From an uncultured virus (IMG/VR IMGVR_UViG_3300035670_000097) (lineage: Duplodnaviria > Heunggongvirae > Uroviricota > Caudoviricetes): a stretch of DNA of 64,000 nt. The number at the start of each line of letters is the position of its first letter. The first letter of the stretch is position 1. The notes under the pieces were generated by a model. That model saw only the letters and a program-made list of their open reading frames with translations. It searched no databases and was not told the origin of the DNA. This document shows, one piece after another, positions 39,221 to 48,668 of this stretch. Both the position numbers and the translations under genes were made by a program. The DNA lies in IMG/VR virus record IMGVR_UViG_3300035670_000097, positions 1 to 64,000 of that record. The stretch is one strand, 5' to 3'.

Positions 39221-39701
39221 GAATTATTCTCATTTTGGCAGTTAGTCTTCGAGCTTGTTCGCCATACTGTGCATACCAAAAACTGGACTCCATTTCTTTA
39301 GCTACATTTGCCCAGTTTTTAGTATAAACAGTTGCGATTAATTCTTTCAAAGAAAGGAAATTATCGCGGCCCAGGAAGAACAGCATATTTATTAATACTT
39401 CCTGGGCCTCGGCAGGGATGGTTTCCCAGTCTGGAAAGATGATTCTGAAGTCAGAAAATGCAATGGCGAGGTCTTCTTCAAACAACTCGCGACTCTGTGC
39501 TTCAGTAATTGTATCGCCTAATTTTAACGAGCGAATAGGTAAAGGATCTTTCTTAGATATTTTATGACCTATTCCTACGGTCAGAAATCCTTCTGTATCG
39601 CTGTAAACTCTTAACTTTTTTCCTGCGTCAATCTCAAGTTGACGAATTAGACGTTTTAAATTTACTTGTCCAGCATTATGTCTAGGAAACCACCCCATCA
39701 C
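39198..39701 (-). CDS. T4-type (GH24) lysozyme homologue with the catalytic Glu replaced by Ala
   Basis: LEIDAG...VYSDTEGFLTVGIGH, INMLFFLG and S.WY.Q motifs align to T4 lysozyme. Confidence 0.8.
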   Translation of the reverse strand: MMGWFPRHNAGQVNLKRLIRQLEIDAGKKLRVYSDTEGFLTVGIGHKISKKDPLPIRSLKLGDTITEAQSRELFEEDLAIAFSDFRIIFPDWETIPAEAQEVLINMLFFLGRDNFLSLKELIATVYTKNWANVAKEMESSFWYAQYGEQARRLTAKMRIIHELSIGI

Positions 39702-39706
39702 TTATA

Positions 39707-39811
39707 TCAGCCGAAAGGAAGCCCAGATGCTAATTCAAAAGCACCTACGCCTACCATCAACCCAAGAAGGGTAATACCGGCTTTTTCAAAAATGTTGGAA
39801 ATCGTGTTCAT
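39707..39811 (-). CDS. 34 aa single-TM peptide upstream of the lysozyme (possible lysis regulator)
   Basis: Manual translation MNTISNIFEKAGITLLGLMVGVGAFELASGLPFG; ATGA overlap with the Hsp20 stop. Confidence 0.4.
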   Translation of the reverse strand: MNTISNIFEKAGITLLGLMVGVGAFELASGLPFG

Positions 39812-40194
39812 GATTGTATCTCAATATAATTGGCGGGGTTAACTGCCCGAGGCTTGAAAGTAATCTTTAATAGCCCGTCTTTAAACGTAGCGTCTGTCAC
39901 TTCAAGATTTTTTGGTACAAAAAAACTGCGCCGGAATGCTTTTCCACTTATACCCTTATGAATATAAGTTTCTGAGCTTAAACTTTTCTCTCCTTCTACA
40001 AGCAGAATACCGTTGTCAAAATGAATCTTCACTTGTTCTTTTGACCAACCTGGAAGAGCCAAATCTACTCTATAGTTCTGATCTTCAAGCTTTACGATAT
40101 TAAACCGAGGAAATGCGTCTACGTTCAGATCGCCAAAAAAGTCTGTAAAAAGCTTATCGCCACCCACAAAGAAGTGGTCAAGTAGTTTAGTCAT
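39808..40194 (-). CDS. Small heat shock protein (Hsp20/IbpA-like)
   Basis: FPRFNIV, LALPGW, YIHKGIS...FRRSF and ATFKDGLLKI motifs. Confidence 0.9.
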   Translation of the reverse strand: MTKLLDHFFVGGDKLFTDFFGDLNVDAFPRFNIVKLEDQNYRVDLALPGWSKEQVKIHFDNGILLVEGEKSLSSETYIHKGISGKAFRRSFFVPKNLEVTDATFKDGLLKITFKPRAVNPANYIEIQS

Positions 40195-40240
40195 AATTTA
40201 TCTCCTAAAAAATAAACCCGCCCCTTGACGGAAGCGCCAT

Positions 40241-40272
40241 AAAAAAGCTCACAGTAATACTGTGAGCTTTTT
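40241..40272. terminator. Bidirectional intrinsic terminator
   Basis: AAAAAAGCTCACAGT-AAT-ACTGTGAGCTTTTT. Confidence 0.7.
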
Positions 40273-40282
40273 CAAACAAAAC

Positions 40283-40474
40283 CTATTTTTCGCTAATCGG
40301 AGTTTTTGTTACTGCTCGGAGCGCAACAATCAATCCACCAAGAATGCTGCCGACTACAGTTACTTGTTCCGGAGTCAATCCCGACTCGCTAACTGTTTGC
40401 TGAGCCCAGGAAAGAACTACAGTAACTAAACCCAGCCATACAGTTTTCGATTTGAAATAATTAACAAAATTCAT
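40283..40474 (-). CDS. Holin-like two-TM protein
   Basis: 63 aa; KSKTVW start, two TM helices, LRAVTKTPI C-terminus. Confidence 0.55.
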   Translation of the reverse strand: MNFVNYFKSKTVWLGLVTVVLSWAQQTVSESGLTPEQVTVVGSILGGLIVALRAVTKTPISEK

Positions 40475-40685
40475 ACTTTTCTCCTAATTGAATTCCTAGA
40501 ATTCAATCTGCTCTTAAAAGAGCTAAGGAACGCAGCTAGAGAATTCTAGCCACATTATCGAACCCATCCTCTTCCTCGTCTTTATCCCACCAGTCCGAAC
40601 TTTCTCGAGTGGAATAAATATCGTTAACACCAGCAAACAAAAGTATAATAACTAAAAATAAATTCACTATTGTTTTCCTAATTAG

Positions 40686-41030
40686 TGGGAGTTTTTCTGT
40701 TGCGAGGAGGTTCCTTTGGGGAACACAAAACTCCCGAAACCCCGAGAAATCATGCTGCTACAGCATATTCCTCATTATAAAAGTCATCGTTTGCTTTTAT
40801 ATTTATTTGCTTCTTCGACCGGGAAGTCCCAATCCTAACGGCTTTCGCATTGCCGGATCGTCCGCGTCTTTTTCCTGCTCTGTCGAAACCAGAACACCCC
40901 CATCAAAGTATACTCTGTCGCCGTTTTTGCTACGCTGGTAACGACCAAGACCTCAAAGAATATACTTTGGTGGAGGTGGGCGGAGTCGAACCGCCTTCCA
41001 AAACAGTTCCAATCAACATCATACGATCAT
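40686..41030 (-). ncRNA. ssrA: Circularly permuted (two-piece) tmRNA
   Basis: Acceptor piece ends GGTTCGACTCCGCC-CACCTCC-ACCA at 40968. Intervening segment 40967-40902. Coding piece starts GGGGGTGTTCTGGTTTCGAC at 40901, giving a G3-U70 pair. Tag ORF 40794-40750 = ANDDFYNEEYAVAA-stop. Outer ends are approximate. Confidence 0.92.
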
Positions 41031-41032
41031 AA

Positions 41033-41102
41033 TTGCTCAGTTTGGATTCGAACCTTGTCCGTGTATTGTCTACCCGCACGTCCCACCGTACTGACCGAGC
41101 AA
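41033..41102 (-). ncRNA. tRNA-like element (pseudo-tRNA) upstream of the tmRNA
   Basis: TTGCTCGGT/ACTGAGCAA closing stem and GGTTCGAATCC T loop; no canonical anticodon arm or CCA. Confidence 0.45.
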
Positions 41103-41128
41103 ATTTATTTATTTACTTTACAGTGAGT

Positions 41129-41157
41129 ATTATAGTAAATCTTGAGCTAAAGGTCAA
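41129..41157 (-). promoter_or_regulatory. Promoter of the tmRNA transcript
   Basis: TTGACC-N17-TATAAT. Confidence 0.7.
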
Positions 41158-41414
41158 GAATTATTTTTGGGGAGGCTAGCGTTTTTATGACTATAAAACT
41201 CCTCTAAGTGCTCTTTGAAAGTGTTATAAGTTTTGTCAAACTTATAGCTATAGAGAGTTACAAGCGAGAGCATAAAATTGTCGATTTTATCCGTAAACTC
41301 AGCCGACAGCCCAGCAAATTCTTCGCTATCCAAAACTTCTCGAAAAAGTTTCAGATCGTCAATAATTTGCCAGACTTCCATAAGCTGTTGTTCAAGATCA
41401 AATTGTTTGCTCAT
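41154..41414 (-). CDS. Hypothetical protein (paralog of 42089..42553)
   Basis: Shared QFDLEQQ.M..W.I.DDLK N-terminus. Confidence 0.55.
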   Translation of the reverse strand: MSKQFDLEQQLMEVWQIIDDLKLFREVLDSEEFAGLSAEFTDKIDNFMLSLVTLYSYKFDKTYNTFKEHLEEFYSHKNASLPKNNS

Positions 41415-41599
41415 TTTACTTTCGCCTATTTAAGATTGCTGAAGATGCTCTAGCGTATGTTGAATTACAAGTTGAGTGTAGCGCTGTAGTTCTTCGTCAT
41501 AGCTACAAGACCAGTCAATTCTTTCATTGTTTTGGTTCCACTCTTCAGCTTCCCAAAAAGCAAAACCTGCTTGACGAGCTAAAAACCAAAAAATTTCGT

Positions 41600-41806
41600 T
41601 CACAGTCCAGCACCCTCTTTCAGCATTGCATCAGCAAAAGCATAAGCATCTTTTGCATACGTGCTAAATCCGCCCGCTCGCTCAGAGTCGGCAAGCATTC
41701 CAGCGAGGGCCTGCCCCGCGAAGTAGTCACGCAGGGACATGCCCGGACAAAAGTTTTTCAAGTCTCTATGGGTCGGGAATGCCGTCCCACCATCATTCTT
41801 CATCAT
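41600..41806 (-). CDS. Conserved small phage protein
   Basis: GG.AFP...GMSLRDYFAGQALAG...AY..ADAML motif. Confidence 0.65.
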   Translation of the reverse strand: MMKNDGGTAFPTHRDLKNFCPGMSLRDYFAGQALAGMLADSERAGGFSTYAKDAYAFADAMLKEGAGL

Positions 41807-42088
41807 TTTCTATTTCTCTTTTCGATTTCAGAAACTATTATGACACGCCTCGACCAAAGAGTCAACAACTGTTTTATGTCTGGCCATAATAGTCCAAGAT
41901 GCGGAGAATTGCACGAATAGTTTTTCTAATCTTTTTTAGATCGGTCTCAAGATCAGAAGAAAATACTCCTGCCGGAATATTGCCGTTTTTTCGAGATTCA
42001 TACTCTATTTGTAAGTTAGTTAAATTTTGGTGTAAATCTTGGGTAACAATCTCACAAACCATAGGATACGGAAGTTCTATTTGCATTT

Positions 42089-42553
42089 TTAAATCTCCCA
42101 ATCAGGCGGACTAGAGCGATTCTTCAAAAATTCTCGTATCTCTTTGGCATAATGTTTAGCAACGGTTTCTGAAACCCCAGCATACTCAAAACGCTCTGCA
42201 TAAGACTCCAACATTTCTTCCGGCGTAAGCGGATAAGTTTCAGGCTTATTGATCCCCCTCATTGACTCTATACGGTCTGCTAAAGGTGTTAACGTTTCTC
42301 TGGGAGAAATGTCGGCAAGCTCGTATGGTTCAATCTTGCCAATCTCTTTCAGCATTTTCTCAAAAGTTTGAAATAGCTGATCAAACTTTAGATGATACAG
42401 CTTACTGATCCCCATCAATATGGTCGGGACTTCATCAGAGTCCTCGAACAAAGTATCAGAACTGTAGATCGACTTAAGATCGTCTACTATTCCCCAGCAG
42501 TCCATAATTTGTTGTTCTAGATCAAATTGAGTTGACATAGGTTTTCCTTTCAA
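42089..42553 (-). CDS. Hypothetical protein
   Basis: 154 aa ORF, paralogous to 41154..41414. Confidence 0.55.
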   Translation of the reverse strand: MKGKPMSTQFDLEQQIMDCWGIVDDLKSIYSSDTLFEDSDEVPTILMGISKLYHLKFDQLFQTFEKMLKEIGKIEPYELADISPRETLTPLADRIESMRGINKPETYPLTPEEMLESYAERFEYAGVSETVAKHYAKEIREFLKNRSSPPDWEI

Positions 42554-42766
42554 AACTATTCTCTTGTAATCTTCTGGCTAAGTATTTTAATAGATCCTTG
42601 TATACGATCAAATCTATTAATCCTCATGCTCTTAAAAGAAGCTCCAACTACTCTAAGACCATAACGCTCGGCTCTCACTAGCTTTTCTGCGGCCATCCTC
42701 GTTGGAGCTTCTACTTCTATCTCTGCTTTTAAGATATACTTATATTTCATCTCAGAGACTCCAGTT

Positions 42767-43240
42767 TTAATCCCAAAGATGTGAGTAATACTTTCCAAAA
42801 AGTCTAAAGCCATTTTGTATGCGATCACAATAGTCGTAATATTCTTTTGGGAGAGTAAACTCTCGTGTTTTAACTCGAAAAGATTCTTCGTCCTCTGCTT
42901 CTACCTCGGGAAAGAACTGATCTTCCCAGCTTTCGTCAATTTTATTATCAAACGCAAAGATCATCTCATCCAGTATCCAGTCCCACCGATCAAAATGAAA
43001 TTCATCGATTTCCCATACATCTTCTTTGGGGGAAGCCGAAGTAGATCGTAGGTGCTCTGGTACATCTTCGTCATCGGTATTCGGAGCACCGTGCTTAGTT
43101 GTCTTTAGCTGTTTCAGCATAGGAGAAATTATCAGCGCAAGAGTATGCTCCATATTGTAGGTATCCCACTTATCTATGCGAATCTCTATACTTCTTTCCT
43201 CGTCGTAACTGTCGGGGTAAGGACCAATATTTACATACAT
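42767..43240 (-). CDS. Conserved phage hypothetical protein
   Basis: IDKWDT, RWDWILDEMIFAF and GFRLFGKYY motifs; promoter at ~43328-43356. Confidence 0.6.
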   Translation of the reverse strand: MYVNIGPYPDSYDEERSIEIRIDKWDTYNMEHTLALIISPMLKQLKTTKHGAPNTDDEDVPEHLRSTSASPKEDVWEIDEFHFDRWDWILDEMIFAFDNKIDESWEDQFFPEVEAEDEESFRVKTREFTLPKEYYDYCDRIQNGFRLFGKYYSHLWD

Positions 43241-43366
43241 AAGTAGCTCCTAGAGTTAGGCTTCGCTACCCGGCGGCGAATAGCGAAGCCTTTTGAATTG
43301 TTCAATGACTCTCTAACTTTCGGATATATAATACCGAAAACGAGCTATCAAGTCAAGAACTAAATT

Positions 43367-43714
43367 TTAGAAGTACCGACGAATTTCTGTCTCGACCCGA
43401 GAGCCAATTTCACCTTCGAAGCTGTCAAGCTGAAAGGTTTCTACTTCTCCTCGAATCTCCCAGTTATCCGCGAACGGAATCGAATAGCCAGCCTCCAGAG
43501 CAAGCCCATACTCACCGTCATAAAATGCCGGACCTACTTCGGCATACAGGTACTTTCCCTGAGCGCCAAGGCTTACAGTATTAATCGAGCTATTGTCTAC
43601 ATAGTGTTCGTCAACAAAACCGACCTCGTTTCGATACTCGCCATAGAAACGAACCTCTGCCAAAGCAGAGCTTGCAACTGCCAGCAGTCCAGCTGCGATA
43701 AGATATTTAGTCAT
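43367..43714 (-). CDS. Small outer-membrane beta-barrel-like protein
   Basis: Signal peptide ending ALA, alternating aromatic/hydrophobic strands, terminal Phe (RRYF). Confidence 0.55.
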   Translation of the reverse strand: MTKYLIAAGLLAVASSALAEVRFYGEYRNEVGFVDEHYVDNSSINTVSLGAQGKYLYAEVGPAFYDGEYGLALEAGYSIPFADNWEIRGEVETFQLDSFEGEIGSRVETEIRRYF

Positions 43715-43723
43715 ACATTCTCC

Positions 43724-44242
43724 TTAAAATTTTGTTAGCATTGAAAGAGCTTCTTCAGTGACTTCTTCTGTTCGGCGGCTCCAGCCCTTTCCAAAAACTG
43801 GAAAAGTAGAAAGTCGACGATAGTAGTCAAGTCGAAGCGTTTTAAATTCCATAATCGCCACTACAGGATTATGAATGTTTAATGCTGCACTAATGGTACG
43901 GGGCCCAAGCACGCCATCCTCTTTAGCTTTTACAATTTTTTGTAAAAATCGAACAGCGCGCGAAGGCCCCGCGTTGACACCAAAATCAAATACTATTAAA
44001 TCAATACCTACAGGTAATTGATCGCAGGACATGCGGTCCCAGTATTGCTTTCGGTAGATAGGCTCAACATCTTTTATCGTCAAAGCTTTAATGTCTTCGA
44101 CCGATACGGTTCGTTTCACCCATCGTTCATAGGTGGCTTTTGTAATGCCAAGATTTGTAGCACCTCCTGGATCTTGGGGATGGTTTACAAAGCCACCTTC
44201 GTGTTTTAGAACAATTTTTAGACAGTGATCAAACGTTTTCAT
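43724..44242 (-). CDS. GH108 endolysin with peptidoglycan-binding domain
   Basis: HEGGFVNHPQDPGGATNLGIT, FDFGVNAG, DGVLGPRT and FGKGW.RR motifs. Confidence 0.9.
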   Translation of the reverse strand: MKTFDHCLKIVLKHEGGFVNHPQDPGGATNLGITKATYERWVKRTVSVEDIKALTIKDVEPIYRKQYWDRMSCDQLPVGIDLIVFDFGVNAGPSRAVRFLQKIVKAKEDGVLGPRTISAALNIHNPVVAIMEFKTLRLDYYRRLSTFPVFGKGWSRRTEEVTEEALSMLTKF

Positions 44243-44870
44243 TCGTGAAAGCTGCATCAGCCTTTTCAGGCTTCTTGGCAGCATTTGCCAGTGCATGATT
44301 TAATACTTTTAAGGCCTCGCTAGGCTTATCATTCCACAAAGCTTGAATTGCTTCTAGCATTGCCTCCATATTTTCATCGCACTTACAATTTTTGCACGCC
44401 ATCGCTGTGTTTCTCCACCTCCACAAGAATGTTCTCACACAATCTTCGGAGCTCGTCCAATAGAACGTAGTATTTTTGTACATCAATTAATTTTTCAATT
44501 AATTCATTCGGTAGTCGACTTTTCAGCCGTTCAGCCTCTAGTTCATTTCGTAGCTGCTCGACTTCGCTGGGTAAACCTCGCTTTGGATGAGCTATTTCTA
44601 AAGCAAATCCACACTTGGTACAATGCATAATTTAAACAAACTCTTTTAAACGTCTTACAAGAGCGTCTCTGCCCGCCTTTACTCCCGATGCTCTTTCAGA
44701 AAGATCAAGAGCATTTCGTTGAGAGTCGATAGTAGCTATCGCTTCTCTCCACAATAAAACAGCAAATTCCTCAATATCTGAAGTAGTTATACCGCTTGCA
44801 ACGCTAGGAATATCTGAGCTTGTTACAAGCCCCGCTTCGGCTGCCAGTTCAAATATACGATTTGTCATGA

Positions 44871-45704
44871 TTAATTAGGCGGAGCGTTTACTGCTGACAG
44901 TGCGCTGAGATTTCCTTGGAATCCGTATGTTCCCACATGAGTGAGAGAAATCCAAGGGCAAGCCCAAACTTTTAATCCAATATCAATAATCTTTCGCGAA
45001 AAGTAATAATCTTCGGAAAGATAACGTCGGCTAACCGGATCAATTGCACAGTCAAAGTATGCTACAATATCTCTCTCGCCGTTAAAGTCTGTCGAGTATT
45101 TGTGATCTGGCGAGTACGAATTTTCTGGGTAGGCAGCTTTAAACTGATCAAACACATGCCGTTGAATAAGCATAAATCCAGTAGCGCCTTCTAAAATTTG
45201 TACCGGCTCAGTAAGTTTAAAGCTTTCTGTGCCAGGAATCAAATTAAAAGCAAATCCTCCTCCAAACTGAGCAAGTTCATCAGGATTTTTAAGTTCAATG
45301 TTGTCTTGAACCGCCTTTTGAATACGATCCCAGTGAATTTGTTTTTTCGGATACAGCCCACAAAGCACATCATATTCAGACTTTTTATCGGCCAAAGCCA
45401 GCATTCCTAGAATATCCATAGGATTAAAAGAAATGTCAGAGTCGATAAACATCATGTGCGAACAGTCGCTACGCAAAAATCCATCTACTAGATAGTTTCG
45501 TGCTCGCTGAATCAGCGATTCATTATAGTGAAAACTAGCATCCCATTGAAGATCGTATTGGCGACAAACGGTAGAAAACTGAAGCATAGAGTGAACGTAT
45601 GGTCCAGTGCACATACCGCCGTACATAGGTGTAGCAATGAAGAGTTTTCGTTTTCGAAGCTCTTCAATATCAATCGTTATTTTTCTATCCTCTACCTTGG
45701 CCAC
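44871..45704 (-). CDS. GT-A fold glycosyltransferase-like protein
   Basis: IATPMYGG, ESLIQRARN, FIDSDI (DxD), ATGFMLI and YLSEDY.F motifs. Confidence 0.7.
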   Translation of the reverse strand: MAKVEDRKITIDIEELRKRKLFIATPMYGGMCTGPYVHSMLQFSTVCRQYDLQWDASFHYNESLIQRARNYLVDGFLRSDCSHMMFIDSDISFNPMDILGMLALADKKSEYDVLCGLYPKKQIHWDRIQKAVQDNIELKNPDELAQFGGGFAFNLIPGTESFKLTEPVQILEGATGFMLIQRHVFDQFKAAYPENSYSPDHKYSTDFNGERDIVAYFDCAIDPVSRRYLSEDYYFSRKIIDIGLKVWACPWISLTHVGTYGFQGNLSALSAVNAPPN

Positions 45705-45843
45705 GATATTTTTTGTAACTCCTTTTTTGATGTTTAGACATTGTGCTTCGCTTCATCATACTAGGATTACCGCTCGATGAAGTACGCTTCGGCTTGTGCT
45801 TAATCTTTTGTTGTTGTTTCGAAGCCGTTGATCCTTTAGCCAT
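45685..45843 (-). CDS. 52 aa highly basic protein ending KKYRGQGRG (absent from the ORF track)
   Basis: Manual translation MAKGSTASKQ...KRSYKKYRGQGRG. Confidence 0.55.
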   Translation of the reverse strand: MAKGSTASKQQQKIKHKPKRTSSSGNPSMMKRSTMSKHQKRSYKKYRGQGRG

Positions 45844-46010
45844 TTTTTGCCTTTTCTATTGCTTCTAAAAAGTAAATGAACGTGCCATCCGGCTGTTCTT
45901 CTACACGATAGCGAGTTGCCCAGTCGCGCGCTTCCGCTTCTGACGAAAAAAGATCAGAAAGAATGCCGCCACTAGGCAACTGCCAAGACCACGTATTTTC
46001 TAATAATCCT

Positions 46011-46304
46011 TTATTCTTCACCAACTTCACGAGGGTCGTCTCCTGCTAGAAGCGAGAGATAAAAAATTGCTTTTCGAATATCTGCTTCCATATTGTCCTT
46101 AAAAGGAGCGCGCATAAGGTACGCAAGAGCTGAGCAATAGTAATGCGGCTCTATAGACGAAGACATTACATACGACTCTGCATCAATTTTATCGCACAAC
46201 GCTTCCAAAATACTAAGAACATCGGTATCAAAAGTTTCTTCAGAGTTTACGCTCTTTACATTACAAAGCTGATAATGCTGAGGGTGATTAATAAAATCTT
46301 CCAT
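46011..46304 (-). CDS. DUF3310-like protein
   Basis: INHPQHY...YLMRA..K....DIRKAIFYL motif. Confidence 0.7.
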   Translation of the reverse strand: MEDFINHPQHYQLCNVKSVNSEETFDTDVLSILEALCDKIDAESYVMSSSIEPHYYCSALAYLMRAPFKDNMEADIRKAIFYLSLLAGDDPREVGEE

Positions 46305-46699
46305 TAGATATCTCCTTTTGCGCGATTTTCAGAATTTTCTACTTGAAATCCGTTTGGATAACGAGCGCTCAACTTATGAATATTTTCATTAATAACCGAT
46401 TGCGGATCGAACTCGAGTGCTCGACAGGCCGAAATCCAATAAAAGAAAATATCTCCAAGTTCGCGCTTCATGTGATAGATATTATCACCTGTCATGGGCT
46501 TGCCTTGAAAGAAGATTTTCTTCACAACTTCTTGAAACTCTCCAGTCTCGCTTCCCAGCCCAATGGCAGAAGTGAGAAGCAGCGGAGCATTGACAGTATC
46601 ATTATGCAACTCTCGAAGGCGATCTGCAAAGGACGTTAGATAAGTACTTTGATCGCTAGTAATACTCGCAATAAACTTTGAATACTGATTAAGATTCAT
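46304..46699 (-). CDS. mazG: MazG-like nucleotide pyrophosphohydrolase
   Basis: GL.SE.GEF.E.VKK..FQG, ELGDI..Y and N..KL..RYP motifs. Confidence 0.85.
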   Translation of the reverse strand: MNLNQYSKFIASITSDQSTYLTSFADRLRELHNDTVNAPLLLTSAIGLGSETGEFQEVVKKIFFQGKPMTGDNIYHMKRELGDIFFYWISACRALEFDPQSVINENIHKLSARYPNGFQVENSENRAKGDI

Positions 46700-47345
46700 C
46701 TTTTTTTCCGTTCAATAGTTCGAAAAGAATTTGTCCACAAGCCTGAGCAATTTTTTGATGCTCTTTTTGAGTTCCATTTGCGGAGCGCAGTTCTACATAA
46801 TGTAGCCAAGATCGCACTGTACCCGCCATATAAAGACGCGAAGGCGTCATACCTTCTGGAAGAACAGCTCTCGCTTGCTCTTTTGCTATTCCATTTTCCA
46901 GAGCACTATTATACACATCTTGAGCGTGCAATGCAAGTTCTTTTTGTAGCGTTGCCCAAAGTTCGTTCAAATTTTCATTTGTAGATTCAATGGAGTTTTG
47001 TCGATTTTTTGTATCTTGAAGCCTGGTTTCTCGAATTTCCCACTCCGTTGGGACGATTGAGTATCTTTGGCTAAACTCCTGAAAGGAAAAGCTACGATGC
47101 CGAAGTATTTGACGAGCAATGTCTCGAGTTGTATTAATTTCCATACAAACCCAAGCCATTTCAAATGGACTCCAGTGTCCATGTTTTTGCAAATAATTTA
47201 ACAGCTTAGGAGCTGTTTCTGTATTTATTTGATTTTCTGGGTTTGATACTCGAGCAACATACGCAATCAAATCAGATAAAGTTTGCAGACCAAGAGATTG
47301 TAAGTCTTCGCTAGGAGTGGAGTAAGAAATTAATTTTACATTCAT
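46689..47345 (-). CDS. thyX: Flavin-dependent thymidylate synthase
   Basis: HWSPFE, RQILRHRSFSFQEFSQRY, EQARAVLP and TQKEH motifs. Confidence 0.95.
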   Translation of the reverse strand: MNVKLISYSTPSEDLQSLGLQTLSDLIAYVARVSNPENQINTETAPKLLNYLQKHGHWSPFEMAWVCMEINTTRDIARQILRHRSFSFQEFSQRYSIVPTEWEIRETRLQDTKNRQNSIESTNENLNELWATLQKELALHAQDVYNSALENGIAKEQARAVLPEGMTPSRLYMAGTVRSWLHYVELRSANGTQKEHQKIAQACGQILFELLNGKKDES

Positions 47346-48099
47346 TCTAAAAGCTCTAGCTGTGTTCTCAGCGCCCAGCCATTTTTAGGCCAAGTATTAT
47401 TGTCAATATACCTAAAACAAAAGGAGTCTAACTTAGGTATATATTTTGTAAGCTCAACTACCGCATAGGGTCCACCAAAAAAGCGAACTCGAACTATGTG
47501 TCCTACTTTTAATTTCATAAAGGTTCGAAGTGAGTTGTAGGAGCCCAGCCTTTTTTAATTATACTTCCTGGGCTCATAATTTTAAAGTAAAAGCCATCTA
47601 CTTCTACTTCTTCACTTTGAGGAAGATATTTAGTAAGCTGAACTTCTACATAAACGTTCTCTAAAAGACGAATTTTTGCTCGATCTCCGACTTTAAAAGG
47701 GATTGTCATATACTATTTTAGCAGTCAGCATACTAGTATCAGTCTTGAGAATAAGCCAATCCTCTTTGTCTATTGTAAAAGTTACCCAGAGAAGATCGGG
47801 GTCTTTCTTAAAGAGCGATGCCTGTTCGTACACTTCGATCGGAGTCACGCTTTTCAGTTCGCTCCTCTTCCCGTAGCAGATGTTCGTGATACTTTTTGAC
47901 ATAAGTTCCTCGTTCTTCTGAGTTCCAGATAAGAGTTCCATATTTCCAGGCTTTTTCTGCTTGTCGACTACACGTTCCGACTTTTCGTCTTTCTAAAATT
48001 TCATACTGAATACTCATAGTCTCTCCGTAACAAACCAAACAAGTAGGCTAAGCCAAGCGACCCCGCCGACAATGAAAATAAGAGCTGCAAATCGGTCTT

Positions 48100-48465
48100 T
48101 CATAGCACTCTCATTCTGATAATTACACGACTGGGGCGATTGTCATTAATAGTGAGAGAAACTTCATTACTGCGACGAGACTCTTTCAGTTCTGCACTTG
48201 TCGCCGTCAATGTAAAGTAATGAGTGCCAGGAGCAAGATTATTTAATGCAATCGAGCGAGTAGTAGGAGAAATTGTAGTCTTTCGTGTGTACTGACCGGA
48301 AGTAGTTCCTCGATACAATGTATATTTTACAATGTCTCGAGATGGAGTTAAAGTTCGTCCGTCTTCATACTTTGTAGGAGCAACAAATCTTAATACTGTA
48401 GTTGTGTCTGCATAAGCAGCTCCGCCAATAAAAGTCAATAACAAAAGTAGTTTTTTCATAGCCAT
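48100..48465 (-). CDS. Secreted fibronectin type III-like protein
   Basis: Signal peptide; Y.LYRGTTSGQY, L.PGTHYF.LTA and ES..SNEV motifs. Confidence 0.7.
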   Translation of the reverse strand: MAMKKLLLLLTFIGGAAYADTTTVLRFVAPTKYEDGRTLTPSRDIVKYTLYRGTTSGQYTRKTTISPTTRSIALNNLAPGTHYFTLTATSAELKESRRSNEVSLTINDNRPSRVIIRMRVL

Positions 48466-48668
48466 TCCGCGAATACGATCTCTCGAGCGGCGGCCGCAGC
48501 CGCTTCTCTACTGTGGGATTTATGTTTATAAAGCCGGTTCAAAAGAGAACCGGCTGTTTCAACTAGTGCAACTTCATCTACTTGAGCTTTTTTCAGATCT
48601 TGCAATACACTGCAAATGAGTTCTTGTTTTTCAAGGCTGTTCATTCTTTAGCCCTTCGATTTCGTGGC

